Source of the DNA: an uncultured Gammaproteobacteria bacterium
GTDB lineage: Bacteria > Pseudomonadota > Gammaproteobacteria > SZUA-229
Length of the DNA stretch: 64,000 bases
Direction of reading: 5' to 3'
NCBI GenBank assembly: GCA_965602855.1
Contig: CBFCZV010000006.1
Span: 13,181 to 77,180, forward strand
Shown here: positions 41,266 to 51,924 of the stretch, in pieces
How positions within the stretch are numbered: position 1 is the stretch's first letter
Layout of the letters: each line of letters opens with the position of its first letter
The notes under the pieces: generated by a model
Databases searched by the model: none
Told to the model about the DNA's origin: nothing
What the model saw: only the letters and a program-made list of their open reading frames with translations
Translations under genes and position numbers: made by a program

Positions 41266-43008
41266 TTAAACAAAGAGTAAATCTAACTTACGTAATATGC
41301 GGAACCACAATACATCTAGCGGAGATATTAAAAAATGCACAATAACTATTGCCAGAACAGCGAGGCAGAAAATAATAATAAGTATTCTTTTATTCGATTT
41401 TTTACGATTTTCAATATCATCCAGATTCAACTGGTAAGGCACTATGGAAAGAGGTGCTGCGCCCAATATATTCTCAACAGCTTTTGAGCCAGAAACAGCA
41501 CCACTAAGTGAAAGAGAAAGAAACACAAAACCACCTGCAGCACCAATAGAAAAGATCAAACCCAGGAACAAAATCGCTGGACGATTAGGGCTAACCGGCT
41601 CTTCAGGCAATGCTGCTGGATCTATTAAAGTAAATCTCTCGCCTTTACTTTCAGATTCAAGCTGCATAGAAATATCTGCAGCACGCTGTTTCACTTTTAT
41701 TTCCTGATTTCGCCTTAGTGCGTTTTCATAGTCTCGCTGCAAAACAAGATACTCACGCTCTACCTGTGGGGCTAATAACAACACTTGCTCCAACTCTACC
41801 TGCCTATTAGAATAATCTGCTTCTTGTTTTTTTAAGGCAGCAATTTCACTCAAAACCCCTTCCAGCTGAGCCTTAAGAGTTATATAAGCCGGATTATCTG
41901 GAGACTCCTGTAAATACGTGTCAGTCTCTTCTTCACGTACGCGTGCTGACTTTTTCTCAGCTAATTGCTCTTCAAGTACAGCTATTTTTGTATTTAAAAC
42001 AATAACGTCAGGATGTTCCTGTGTGTACTTATTACTTAACACATCTAACTCAGTTCGCAAAAATTTTAGCTGTTTTGCTAAGATATCTACACTTTTATCT
42101 GAACCTGATCGCAGTGCATCGATTTCATTTTTTAAAGCAATTACATCAGGATGCGACTCTGAATACCGCGAGGAAACAGATGCATACTCCGTTTCCAATA
42201 GCTTCAATCTGGTATTAGTGCTTTGAATTAATGGATTATCTGGTTGAACCTGCTCCAGATTTCCTTCCAAATAAAACTTTCTATCTTCAAGATTTAAAAG
42301 TCTGGTTGTGGTCGTTATTATATTAGCTTCTATTCTTTGCAAAACCTGCATGTTTACCTGTTGCATTTCTGGCAGCATTTTTGCGTTTTCTTGTTTAAAG
42401 GCTGCCAACTTTTCCTCAAGCTTAGAAATATCAGACTTTATACGCCCAGACTCTTCCTTAAAGAACTGAGATGTCTCAAGAGCTTTACTTGCTCTACTTT
42501 CAATATTTTTATTCAAATATAAAGTAGTCAGTTCACTTACAACTTTCTGCACCAGATTTGGATTCCTACCTTCATAGGATAATAAAAATGCAATGGTTGC
42601 AGAAGAGGATCTGCCTGTAGAAGGATTCACAACATCAGCACTAACCAGTTCAAGATTTATGGCATCTCGAATCCGCTCAATTATTGACTCTGTTGTTTCA
42701 TGCTTACGCTCTTCCTCATACAAATTAAATTTATTAATTATTTTGAGCAAATTACTACGACTCATAACTTGAGCCTGTATCGTTTGAATCCTCTCCGCCG
42801 CATAGCTTGTCACTGTAGACATAACCAGCTCACGAGGAATTTCTTGCTGTTCAATCAAAATTGTTGCTGATGACTTGTATATTGAAGGCAAAATAAAAGC
42901 CACCAATATGAATACACACATAAGTATTGCAATTATTGAAAATAAAGCTTTTTTTCGTTTACGTAAAGCAATGAGATAATCACTAAGCTCTAAATTTTGT
43001 TCTTCCAC
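41266..43008 (-). CDS. Polysaccharide co-polymerase / chain-length determinant (GumC/Wzc periplasmic part)
   Basis: N-terminal TM, YKSSATIL, coiled coils with Y..HPDV repeats, F.LIDPA.LP..P.SPNR and C-terminal TMs. Confidence 0.9.
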   Translation of the reverse strand: MEEQNLELSDYLIALRKRKKALFSIIAILMCVFILVAFILPSIYKSSATILIEQQEIPRELVMSTVTSYAAERIQTIQAQVMSRSNLLKIINKFNLYEEERKHETTESIIERIRDAINLELVSADVVNPSTGRSSSATIAFLLSYEGRNPNLVQKVVSELTTLYLNKNIESRASKALETSQFFKEESGRIKSDISKLEEKLAAFKQENAKMLPEMQQVNMQVLQRIEANIITTTTRLLNLEDRKFYLEGNLEQVQPDNPLIQSTNTRLKLLETEYASVSSRYSESHPDVIALKNEIDALRSGSDKSVDILAKQLKFLRTELDVLSNKYTQEHPDVIVLNTKIAVLEEQLAEKKSARVREEETDTYLQESPDNPAYITLKAQLEGVLSEIAALKKQEADYSNRQVELEQVLLLAPQVEREYLVLQRDYENALRRNQEIKVKQRAADISMQLESESKGERFTLIDPAALPEEPVSPNRPAILFLGLIFSIGAAGGFVFLSLSLSGAVSGSKAVENILGAAPLSIVPYQLNLDDIENRKKSNKRILIIIFCLAVLAIVIVHFLISPLDVLWFRILRKLDLLFV

Positions 43009-43077
43009 TACACAGTCACTCTGTTAAAGTTAAATAAATATTAGTATATGTCTGCCATCAAATGACAGTTTTTTGAA

Positions 43078-44304
43078 TTAGATGGAAGGAAAATCGTACT
43101 CTAAATTCAGATAAAATGTGTTTCTGTCATAATCTATTTTATCTGGTTGGTTAGTTTCATCATCATGCTTGATTAGAGCATATTCTGCTCTCAATTTTAA
43201 ATTATGCGCCAAAGTAAAATTCATGGCTGGCGTAATCCTGGTATAAATACGAGATCTAGCCACAACATTAGGGTTTAGCTCTTCAATGTCCGAGCGAGTC
43301 ATTTCCAACACTATCCCAATAAGAGGGGTCACCTGCATTCTGAACTTGGCACGTAATTTATCTTCTTCATCGAGCCCACCATAGGAGTTAGAACTAGTAA
43401 ATTTACTAGCTTGTAACTCAATCCATTTAGCATCAAACGTAGCTTCATACGACCCCCCACTGCTATCACTCTCAACTGCCTGAGTACCAGTTACTGTTGA
43501 ACCCGCAAATTCAAAACTCTCTGAACTTCTCGTAGTGAAGTCAATAGTATCAAAACCTACAGATATTGTTGCCGATACCATTTCAGAAAAATTATGTGCA
43601 AGTACAACCTGTGAGGCCAGCACTTCATATTCAGAGATATTATTTTCTGAAGTATAATCAATTGCATTTATCACTAAACTCAGTTTGCTTTTTTGAGACA
43701 GCTTATATTCTAATGCAGCTGTAGCAGTCTGAGTTTCATAAGGCAAATAAACATCAGTTGTAGGATCAACATCCACATCTGAGTAACTATAAGCGATTGA
43801 AAGTGAAACTCGCTCTGTCAAGTTTCTGGTATATTGTGGTGCAAGCATTAACTTTGTATTTTCAACCTGCTCAAGAGTCAGTCCTAGAGCATCTGTATCT
43901 TCAGTACGATACGAGTAATTGTCATAAGATGCGGTAACCGAGTAGATATCACGTTGACTCTGATATGCTGTTCCTAAATCAAAATAACTATCAACATGAT
44001 TCTGTAATTCAGATGAATATGAAGTGCCTGCAATACTTGCATTAATGGTGGTATCCCAATCATTGTCTTTATATGTCAGCCTCGCTTTAGGCTCAATCAT
44101 CAAAATTGAAGCCGATTCATCATTATTATTTCCGAGTACATTATCATCGTAAGTTGCACGAGCGTTGATTTCCGACTCAAGCAAAAATCCAGCTGCAGTC
44201 GCATCTATAACGCCAGAGCAAAAAACAGTCAAAATACCGCATGTCAATATAGATTTAGACACTATCCCACCTTCCATTTTAATTAAAGTAATAATATTCT
44301 TCAC
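43078..44304 (-). CDS. EPS-associated outer-membrane beta-barrel protein
   Basis: Signal peptide, YDDNV motif, alternating beta-strand pattern; located between wza and the co-polymerase. Confidence 0.7.
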   Translation of the reverse strand: MKNIITLIKMEGGIVSKSILTCGILTVFCSGVIDATAAGFLLESEINARATYDDNVLGNNNDESASILMIEPKARLTYKDNDWDTTINASIAGTSYSSELQNHVDSYFDLGTAYQSQRDIYSVTASYDNYSYRTEDTDALGLTLEQVENTKLMLAPQYTRNLTERVSLSIAYSYSDVDVDPTTDVYLPYETQTATAALEYKLSQKSKLSLVINAIDYTSENNISEYEVLASQVVLAHNFSEMVSATISVGFDTIDFTTRSSESFEFAGSTVTGTQAVESDSSGGSYEATFDAKWIELQASKFTSSNSYGGLDEEDKLRAKFRMQVTPLIGIVLEMTRSDIEELNPNVVARSRIYTRITPAMNFTLAHNLKLRAEYALIKHDDETNQPDKIDYDRNTFYLNLEYDFPSI

Positions 44305-44849
44305 GGCACAACAACGGTATCACCGGGTTTTAGCATAATATTCATATCCATCCCTTCACCGCTTACAACATCATCATAATCAAATTCAAAAATCTCCTTC
44401 CCCTCTTCAGAGCGGCGAAGAATCTTTATATTGTCGGAATCGGCATAAGGAGTGAGGCCACCTGCCAAAGTTAAAGCCTGTAATACATCCATATATTGCA
44501 AGGTAACAAACTGGCCAGGTTTATTGACCTGACCAATCACATAAATTCTATTACTCGCAGACTGCAAGACACCAACGGTTACATTAGGATTTGGTATAAA
44601 TGCATTAAGTTTATCCGCTAATAACTTAGTAAGTAATTTAGTGTTAGTGCCTCCAGCCTTAATATCTCCTACCAGCGGGAATGTAATATAACCATCAGGT
44701 TTTACAAGAACTTCCTTCTGTAAACCTTCTTCTTTCCAAACAGATATAGAAAGAAGATCGCCTGCACCTATCACATACGAACCCACCTCTGAATAAGCAT
44801 TGGAGACACATAGAACCGCAGCAATCAAAAAACCAATAATTTTCTTCAT
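44301..44849 (-). CDS. Polysaccharide export protein (Wza/Poly_export + SLBB)
   Basis: YVIGAGDLLSISVW, PDGYITFPLVG, GQVNKPG and LKPGDTVVVP. Confidence 0.92.
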   Translation of the reverse strand: MKKIIGFLIAAVLCVSNAYSEVGSYVIGAGDLLSISVWKEEGLQKEVLVKPDGYITFPLVGDIKAGGTNTKLLTKLLADKLNAFIPNPNVTVGVLQSASNRIYVIGQVNKPGQFVTLQYMDVLQALTLAGGLTPYADSDNIKILRRSEEGKEIFEFDYDDVVSGEGMDMNIMLKPGDTVVVP

Positions 44850-45212
44850 ATCCCCATCTCATTTTTGCCAGCAGCATAAGTATATGCCGCTTGCCAAACA
44901 ACTTATTACTGTTAGTTAATTATTTAAATAATGTACTTTTAACTTATTGATTATCAAGAAAAACAAGATCAAGATATTAAACCACTATCGAAATTATCAT
45001 TTAAACTTAAATTTGGTCGTTACCACCGCTAAACGCGATGGATTATAACAGATTTAATAGGGCTGTTAAGTCATTATTTATACAATTATAATTTAAGCAT
45101 ATAAGCACTTAATTATTTACCAATCACCAAAATATCATCGCCAATAATGCATGGAAGAGAACCAAAACGAGCTGAAAAAAACGCCAGTAATAGCAGATCG
45201 TAATACAAGATC

Positions 45213-46859
45213 TCAGACAAGCCCTCTCAAGGCAATCAGAGCCAATGCAACAACCGCTGAACCCGTTAAACGGTTTAAGCGTTTTTTCATGTTCTGAATA
45301 ATTAACTCACAAGCGTAAAAAAGAATAATGATCTGGATTACCAGCCAGACCATATCTTCGGATTCGAAGCCACTGCCCTGTACAAATCCAATGACCAGCG
45401 CCATCATAATTACCAGATAATCCAGCGGTGTAATCTGAAATTGCTCATTCACCATCAGGCGAGCCGCTAAGAAAGCCAATACCGTAAGCACTCCGAAATA
45501 TATGTATATTATATGGCTCTCAATAAGCAGCCATTCCGGCGGGTTTGTTGATAATAAATAAACTGAAAACCCTACAGTAACAAAGATAATCAGCCTGAAC
45601 GCAGGCTCACCCATCCAGCCCGTGAATAAAACGACCAGCAGCAGAACAAACAAAATGAGTGAGGAGATACCGATGTCAAAAGGAACCGTATTTGACATCA
45701 TTGCTGCGCCAATAAGGAATAGTGACACCCCTATCTCAAGCCCCCGGTTCGGGATTTGTAACAATAGATCTTTGTGTGGAACTTTTGATACAAGACTGTC
45801 AAAACAAAGGTGTAAGCGATTAACGTGCCAGCCTTTCCTCTCTACATAGGTCAAGGCAATAAATACGGCAGCACAGACTGAAAGATAGATAGAAATAATC
45901 ACCCCGTCATAACCATATGGCATCAGGATGGCACAAACGACAAACAGAATCTGTATCGAATAAATAATAATCACTGCTTCATAATGATGAAAACCAAGAT
46001 CAAGCAGTCGGTGGTGAACATGGTTTCTGGTCGCCCTGAACAAGTTCATACCACCACGAGCACGCAGTACAAAAACTGCCAGAATATCGGCAATAGGAAG
46101 TCCCAGCAACAAAAGTGGCAACGCTGGACTCAAGACCTCATTGGCTTGCTGCGTTAACGCCAGCACCAGAAAAGCCAGTCCAAAACCAAGGAACTGACTA
46201 CCCCCATCCCCCATAAAGACACGCGCCGGATGCGAGTTGAAGCGGAGAAATCCAAAGACCCCCCCCATGATCGCGGCTGCAACGATAACTATTAACGAAC
46301 TATCGTACAGAAAAGCGAGATAGATGATTGCCGCAAGGCTCAATAAAGATTCGCCACCAGCAAGACCATCCAGCCCGTCAGAGTGATTGATGGCATTCAT
46401 CATTCCAACTATGGCTATTACCGTGAATGGACGACCAATCCACTCTGGCAGAAGTTCCTGCCCCATAAATGGAAAATGGACAACATATAAATCGCCATAG
46501 TAGACAACGATACCTGCAGCAATAAACTGACCCACAAATTTCACATAGTGATCCAGTTCCCTGACGTCATCCCAGACGCCAAACACCAACAGCACAAACG
46601 AACCAATGAAAAAAGATAGGACCAGGTTATCAAATGGCAACCATATTATCAGCGGCAAAAGCGCTCCAATCACAATCCCTATACCACCAACTCTGGGAAC
46701 AGGTATCAAGTGGACTTTCCTTGGATCAGGCAAGTCGATCATGCCCAGAACAGGAGCGAACCGCATCATAAGCGGTATGATCGCCATACTAACAGCCATC
46801 GCCATAAGCGCGATAATTAGATAGATACCTAAATTAGCCTCAGACATATATAGCTGCAA
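45213..46859 (-). CDS. MraY/WecA-family polyprenyl-phosphate HexNAc-1-phosphate transferase with extra C-terminal TMs
   Basis: RKVH..PVPRVGG, GVWDD, NHSDGLDGLAGG, VFMGDGGS and HVHHRL. Confidence 0.9.
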   Translation of the reverse strand: MQLYMSEANLGIYLIIALMAMAVSMAIIPLMMRFAPVLGMIDLPDPRKVHLIPVPRVGGIGIVIGALLPLIIWLPFDNLVLSFFIGSFVLLVFGVWDDVRELDHYVKFVGQFIAAGIVVYYGDLYVVHFPFMGQELLPEWIGRPFTVIAIVGMMNAINHSDGLDGLAGGESLLSLAAIIYLAFLYDSSLIVIVAAAIMGGVFGFLRFNSHPARVFMGDGGSQFLGFGLAFLVLALTQQANEVLSPALPLLLLGLPIADILAVFVLRARGGMNLFRATRNHVHHRLLDLGFHHYEAVIIIYSIQILFVVCAILMPYGYDGVIISIYLSVCAAVFIALTYVERKGWHVNRLHLCFDSLVSKVPHKDLLLQIPNRGLEIGVSLFLIGAAMMSNTVPFDIGISSLILFVLLLVVLFTGWMGEPAFRLIIFVTVGFSVYLLSTNPPEWLLIESHIIYIYFGVLTVLAFLAARLMVNEQFQITPLDYLVIMMALVIGFVQGSGFESEDMVWLVIQIIILFYACELIIQNMKKRLNRLTGSAVVALALIALRGLV

Positions 46860-46897
46860 AAATATAAAAATTCATCAATATCACTAGATCAGCGCAT

Positions 46898-48475
46898 TTA
46901 ATTAGGTATGTATCCATTCATAAGCGGCCAGGCCTGACTTGCTAACTTTACAAGTCTTTCATCCGCTTTTGAAATGTCTTCACCTGGAGAAACAGTCGTA
47001 GTTAAACGCACCAGCGCACCGTCAGTTCGGTTACGAGTCAATGCGTCCCAGAAAAGATACCACTTAACCATGTACTCATTGGTAATAATGCGATTTCTTT
47101 GCTGAAACCAGTAATAAACTAGCTGCCCATATTCACCCTTTTTAATGAGTAGACGGTTTGCGGGTAAAGGCTTACCCTCTTTCTCAATACCCCTTAGATC
47201 GATAGTATTAGACGCCTGTATCTGCCAACCTCCTCCTGGAATACAGGATTTTGGAGAATGCGCCGCTGCGCCAGATTTTTGCGTCTCATAGTAAGCCATA
47301 TACAAATTAACAGCATCGCCGGCTGGGTTGCTGTAATTTGCAATAATGTAGTCATCTAGTTTCAATTCATCTAGATATTGTTTCTCGATGACATCTTTCC
47401 TGCCAGCCCATTCACCTAACTGCAATGGGTATGCCGAAAAACTAGCGCGTTCAGGAATTATTTCAGTTCTTTCATTAAAAGTGCCTATTATAATACCTGT
47501 AACCAGAACACATACGGTAGGTACCGCATATTTCCAGGAAACACTCCTTTCCTGAAAACTAATATCAGAAGGTAGTTTGTCTGGTATTTCAAATGCAAAT
47601 ACCTCACTTAATTTCTGCTTGTTTTTTCCAAAACTAACCAGTAACCACATTTCTATTATTAACAATCCCACGCAGGCCATAAATACAAACCAGCCCTCAA
47701 AATCATGAAGAAATCCTTCTGCCTGTTCATTACCGCCATACTCTACCAGAACTCCAATCACGCCAATTCTAAAGCTATTCATAAACACAGTAATGGGAAT
47801 ACTTGATACTACAATAACAGCGCGTTTCCACAATGCTGCCTGATACAAAAATGCGGCAATAATTGAAAGACTAACCAATGGAAATAAATACCGAAGACCA
47901 CTACAGGCTTCTACAACTTGTAATTTAAAACTCCCCAGATCAATAACATTGCCTTCCAGATACACGCTGATACCAAACGCGCGAATAACCCATACACCAA
48001 TTTCGGAAGAAATAAGCTGCAAATCAGCAGAGAGATTGTTAAAAAGAAAACCAGGCAAAGGTACTACAAGAAAAAGCAGCAGCATGGGTGCAATAACTAG
48101 TTTAAACGCCTTCCAACCCATAAAAAGAAAGACAGTGCTTATAAGAGAAATAATATAACCATATTGTGTTATTGAGTGCGTAGCACTTAAAACACCCAAT
48201 AAAATCACAAAACCACTAAATACAAGCAATAACCCACCAGTCCAGCTTAGCTTGTACTCTACTTGCTCTAGCTTAGGTTTGTTTTGCCATATAAAATAAC
48301 CAGTTATCACTGGAATCATATATGCGTAACCATACTCTTCACTGCTACCCCACCTGTCCACCATTACAATGACGCTATCCAATGCTGCATATGATAAAGA
48401 AACAAAGATGATAAGAAAGTACACAATCATGATTAATGATTCTTTCCAATATAAGTTTTTATCGTTCATAATCAA
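46898..48475 (-). CDS. xrtD: Exosortase (VPLPA-CTERM-specific type D) fused to EpsI domain
   Basis: VVEACSGLRY (Cys), NSFRI (Arg), HDFEG (His); EpsI part with HSPKSCIPGGGW and YYWFQQR. Subtype inferred from the VPVPA-type substrate. Confidence 0.85.
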   Translation of the reverse strand: MIMNDKNLYWKESLIMIVYFLIIFVSLSYAALDSVIVMVDRWGSSEEYGYAYMIPVITGYFIWQNKPKLEQVEYKLSWTGGLLLVFSGFVILLGVLSATHSITQYGYIISLISTVFLFMGWKAFKLVIAPMLLLFLVVPLPGFLFNNLSADLQLISSEIGVWVIRAFGISVYLEGNVIDLGSFKLQVVEACSGLRYLFPLVSLSIIAAFLYQAALWKRAVIVVSSIPITVFMNSFRIGVIGVLVEYGGNEQAEGFLHDFEGWFVFMACVGLLIIEMWLLVSFGKNKQKLSEVFAFEIPDKLPSDISFQERSVSWKYAVPTVCVLVTGIIIGTFNERTEIIPERASFSAYPLQLGEWAGRKDVIEKQYLDELKLDDYIIANYSNPAGDAVNLYMAYYETQKSGAAAHSPKSCIPGGGWQIQASNTIDLRGIEKEGKPLPANRLLIKKGEYGQLVYYWFQQRNRIITNEYMVKWYLFWDALTRNRTDGALVRLTTTVSPGEDISKADERLVKLASQAWPLMNGYIPN

Positions 48476-48851
48476 TTTTATACTTCAAATATTATGTAAT
48501 TGTCTGCAGTTACTAACTTTTTCAGAGATTTAGCTTTATCGCCACAAATATTTACTTCCGATACCAGCTATTACCTATTCATGATAAGACAGAGTCGCTG
48601 GCAAGAGAAAGACTGCCAGCATTAGATTTCACTAATAATCTTGGAAGCTTAATTTGTTTTAGTTGTGAGCCAGAAAGCACACTTGGATGTGTATTTTTCC
48701 AATTATAGTTTATTAACGCCTTACAGGCCTTATATAATAAGCCAATTCTACCTAAGTTTCACACAAATCACTTTTTTCACTTAAAATCAATCTTAAATAG
48801 CTTTTATCTACTCTACGAATACCAGAATAATTTATCAATACATGTGATCAG

Positions 48852-50213
48852 ATGCAACAACAGACCAGCCAATTTCAATCTATTCGTAAACGACTTATAT
48901 CAGGTGGAATATGGGCTTTTTTGGGAAAAATAGCCTCAGCGCTTACCAATTTACTTATTAGTGGTTTACTTGCCCGCCTTCTTGCACCTGATGATATAGG
49001 TGTATATTTTCTAATATTCAGTCTTGCCATGGCAGGATCTACTGCAGGACAAATGGGGCTAAATCAAGTTGCTGTCCGATTTACTTCAGAGGCCATAGCA
49101 AAAGAAAATTCTAATCAAGTTCGCTCACTAATAGCTAGAATTTTCCTTATTGCCCTATTTAGCACACTCTCTTTAGCGCTTCTATTCAATTACGGCGCAG
49201 GCGAATGGATAGCAACTTACTTATTCCATGCTCCCGCCATGCTAAATATAATCGGTGTGGCATCACTATGGATTGTTACACTAGCGTTTCAGTCACTCCT
49301 GGCTGAGAGTTTTAGAGGGCTTCATGATATCCAGCTTGCAACTGTTTTTCAGACATTAGCATCAAATATTATATTGCTGATTTTTCTAATATTTTTCCTG
49401 CTGACCTCAAAAGAACTAACTTTACGAGATATCCTGATATTTACCATTTTATCAGGTGGGATCAGTATTTTATTAGGAGGCTTTCTCCTCCACAAGCATC
49501 TATGGCGTTTACCAGCCGTACCGGCAAGCTCTTACCCTATAGCATTAATTTTACGTACAGCATGGCCCTTCCTTATTACGAGTATAACGATTTTTATCTT
49601 AAGCCAAACATGCCTATGGATACTCGGTATTTTTCGCGAACCTGATGAAGTTGCCCTGTATGGCGCAGCAGCCAGAATTATCAACCTGGTTGCCATGCCG
49701 CTTATGATTGCTAATGCAGTACTTCCACCGATAATTTCAGAACTGTCCACCAAGAACCAAAAACCAAAACTACAACGTATACTCAGAATAACAGCCACGT
49801 TGACCGGTCTACCAGCTCTTGCTGTTATTATGTGCTTTATTATTTTTGGAGAATTCACCCTGGCTATCGTATTTGGCGAATATTATAAAAATGCGACCAA
49901 CATTCTTCTCATTCTATCAATTGGTCAAATAGTAAATATATGGGCTGGTTCATGCGGCTTAACATTGATGATGACCGGACACGAAAAAACCATGATGTAT
50001 ATTACCCTCTTTGCTGGTTTTTTAACCATTACCATGTCACTTTTAATTGTTGACACATATGGTTCAACTGGAATAGCCGTTGTAACAGCGACAGTTCTAG
50101 TAGTACAAAATGCTTTAATGCTCACATTTGCTAAAATAAAAGTTGGTGTATGGACGCATGCAATTTTTTCAATTAATACGCTAAAAGAAACATTCAAAGG
50201 TCAGAAATCTTGA
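48852..50213 (+). CDS. Oligosaccharide flippase (Wzx)
   Basis: About 12 TMs, LARLLAPDDIGVY and VALYGAAARI; EPS context. Confidence 0.88.
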   Translation: MQQQTSQFQSIRKRLISGGIWAFLGKIASALTNLLISGLLARLLAPDDIGVYFLIFSLAMAGSTAGQMGLNQVAVRFTSEAIAKENSNQVRSLIARIFLIALFSTLSLALLFNYGAGEWIATYLFHAPAMLNIIGVASLWIVTLAFQSLLAESFRGLHDIQLATVFQTLASNIILLIFLIFFLLTSKELTLRDILIFTILSGGISILLGGFLLHKHLWRLPAVPASSYPIALILRTAWPFLITSITIFILSQTCLWILGIFREPDEVALYGAAARIINLVAMPLMIANAVLPPIISELSTKNQKPKLQRILRITATLTGLPALAVIMCFIIFGEFTLAIVFGEYYKNATNILLILSIGQIVNIWAGSCGLTLMMTGHEKTMMYITLFAGFLTITMSLLIVDTYGSTGIAVVTATVLVVQNALMLTFAKIKVGVWTHAIFSINTLKETFKGQKS

Positions 50214-51199
50214 GCACTTCAAATGTAACACCTGTTTTTATCTTTTCCCTGCCTCGATCCGGTTCTACACTGCTGCAACGCATGCTCGCAAATCATGAAA
50301 AAATTTATACAGCCTCAGAACCCTGGATCTTATTACCTCTTATATACACAACCATTGAAAATGGTGCATATGCAGAATATAGCCATAGAGCTTCGACTGA
50401 AGCAATCAGCGAATTTGCTCAAGAACTTCCAAACGGCTCTATAGAATATACGGAAGCACTACGAAATTTAGCCCTGAATTTATATACGCGCGCATCAAAA
50501 AATAAACCGGGAAGTCAGTATTTTATTGACAAAACACCTCGATACCACCTAATTGCCAAAGAAATCATCAAAATGTTTCCAGATGCAAAATTCATTTTTC
50601 TCTGGCGCAATCCTTTATCCATTGTTGCGTCAATAATAGAAACTTTTGGCCGTGGTAGTTGGCAACTTTATGATTATAAAGTTGACCTGTTCGATGGTCT
50701 TGCCAATCTCATTGACTGCCATAGTAAATATTCCGACCGTGCTATATCAATTCGATTTGAAGATTTGATTACTGACCCAGTTGAGCATACTAATAAAATT
50801 TTGAAATACATAGGTTTACCAACCAATTCACTAGATGTATCAAGCTTTGCCACTGTGAAGTTAAGAGGCAATATGGGCGACCCTACGGGAGTAAAAAATT
50901 ATAACAGCATCAGTACAGAACCTATCAACAAGTGGTCGAATGCGCTGAACAACCCTTTAAGAATCAACTGGGCATATAGATATATTAACTGGATAGGAAA
51001 GAAGCGCCTGAGTTATATCGGTTATAATTATCAAGAACTATATACGGCACTCCGCAATCAGCCATTTAAACTAAAGAATGCCGGCTCTGATTTCCTTCGT
51101 ATATTGTATGGGTTCATGCAAAACGCATTTGAGTTACGCATTATAGAAAATAAATTTAAAAAAATTCGCAATTGGCGTAATACACATGGACACACTTAA
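50210..51199 (+). CDS. Sulfotransferase (no TPR), probable polysaccharide sulfotransferase
   Basis: PVFIFSLPRSGSTLL, DKTPRY and WRNP; overlaps the flippase stop. Confidence 0.88.
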   Translation: MSTSNVTPVFIFSLPRSGSTLLQRMLANHEKIYTASEPWILLPLIYTTIENGAYAEYSHRASTEAISEFAQELPNGSIEYTEALRNLALNLYTRASKNKPGSQYFIDKTPRYHLIAKEIIKMFPDAKFIFLWRNPLSIVASIIETFGRGSWQLYDYKVDLFDGLANLIDCHSKYSDRAISIRFEDLITDPVEHTNKILKYIGLPTNSLDVSSFATVKLRGNMGDPTGVKNYNSISTEPINKWSNALNNPLRINWAYRYINWIGKKRLSYIGYNYQELYTALRNQPFKLKNAGSDFLRILYGFMQNAFELRIIENKFKKIRNWRNTHGHT

Positions 51200-51245
51200 T
51201 CTGTATTTCTGTTTATGCTAATACTAACTTTATAGGAACACAAAC

Positions 51246-51899
51246 ATGCAGTTTTTTAATAAAGAAGAGAAGCTTATCTCTATAACAAAAAATAAAAAAG
51301 TTCTTCACCTTGGCTGTGTTGGTTTTGCAGATTCAACAAGCCAAGAAAGAATCGATCTAGCTAAAAAGTCCCTGCACTTCACTCTAACAAATATATCGCA
51401 GGTTACAGGTATTGATTATTGCCGTGAGGCAATAGACTACTTTAAAAAAAATGATGTATTCGATAATGTTCTTTATGGTGATGTAGAAAAGCTTAATGAA
51501 ATAAACTTAAATGAAATTTTTGATGTAGTAGTTGCTGGAGATATTATTGAACATATTTCTAATCCAGGATTAATGCTTGATGGCATCAAATTATTCTGTG
51601 ATTCTAATACAGAAATCGCAATTACTACACCGCATGCATTTGGCCTTCTCAATTATTTGAGATTTATTATGGGTCGATTCAAAGAAGGGAAAGAACATCT
51701 CATGACATTTAATATACAAAACATAGAAAACCTACTAGGGAGGCATAATTACAAGATTATATCAATTGATACATGCCATCAAAAGCAAGCAATAAAAAAA
51801 GGCTTGTTATTTCACATAGGGAGAGTTTTTTTTAATATCTTCCCCAAGTTCGGCGGGACTTTATTTATAATTGCAAAAATAGAAACCAACGAATCATAA
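51246..51899 (+). CDS. Class I SAM-dependent methyltransferase
   Basis: VLHLGC, GID, FDVVVAGDIIEH and ITTPH. Confidence 0.85.
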   Translation: MQFFNKEEKLISITKNKKVLHLGCVGFADSTSQERIDLAKKSLHFTLTNISQVTGIDYCREAIDYFKKNDVFDNVLYGDVEKLNEINLNEIFDVVVAGDIIEHISNPGLMLDGIKLFCDSNTEIAITTPHAFGLLNYLRFIMGRFKEGKEHLMTFNIQNIENLLGRHNYKIISIDTCHQKQAIKKGLLFHIGRVFFNIFPKFGGTLFIIAKIETNES

Positions 51900-51924
51900 T
51901 CTCACTCTAATAAATTAAATCTCC

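Noticed and set aside
44870-44900. Sigma54-like CGGCATATACTTATGC upstream of wza
   Set aside because: Spacing is 11 nt.
44850-48851. ops/JUMPstart element ahead of the polysaccharide genes
   Set aside because: No GGCGGTAG core was found in the spacers by eye.
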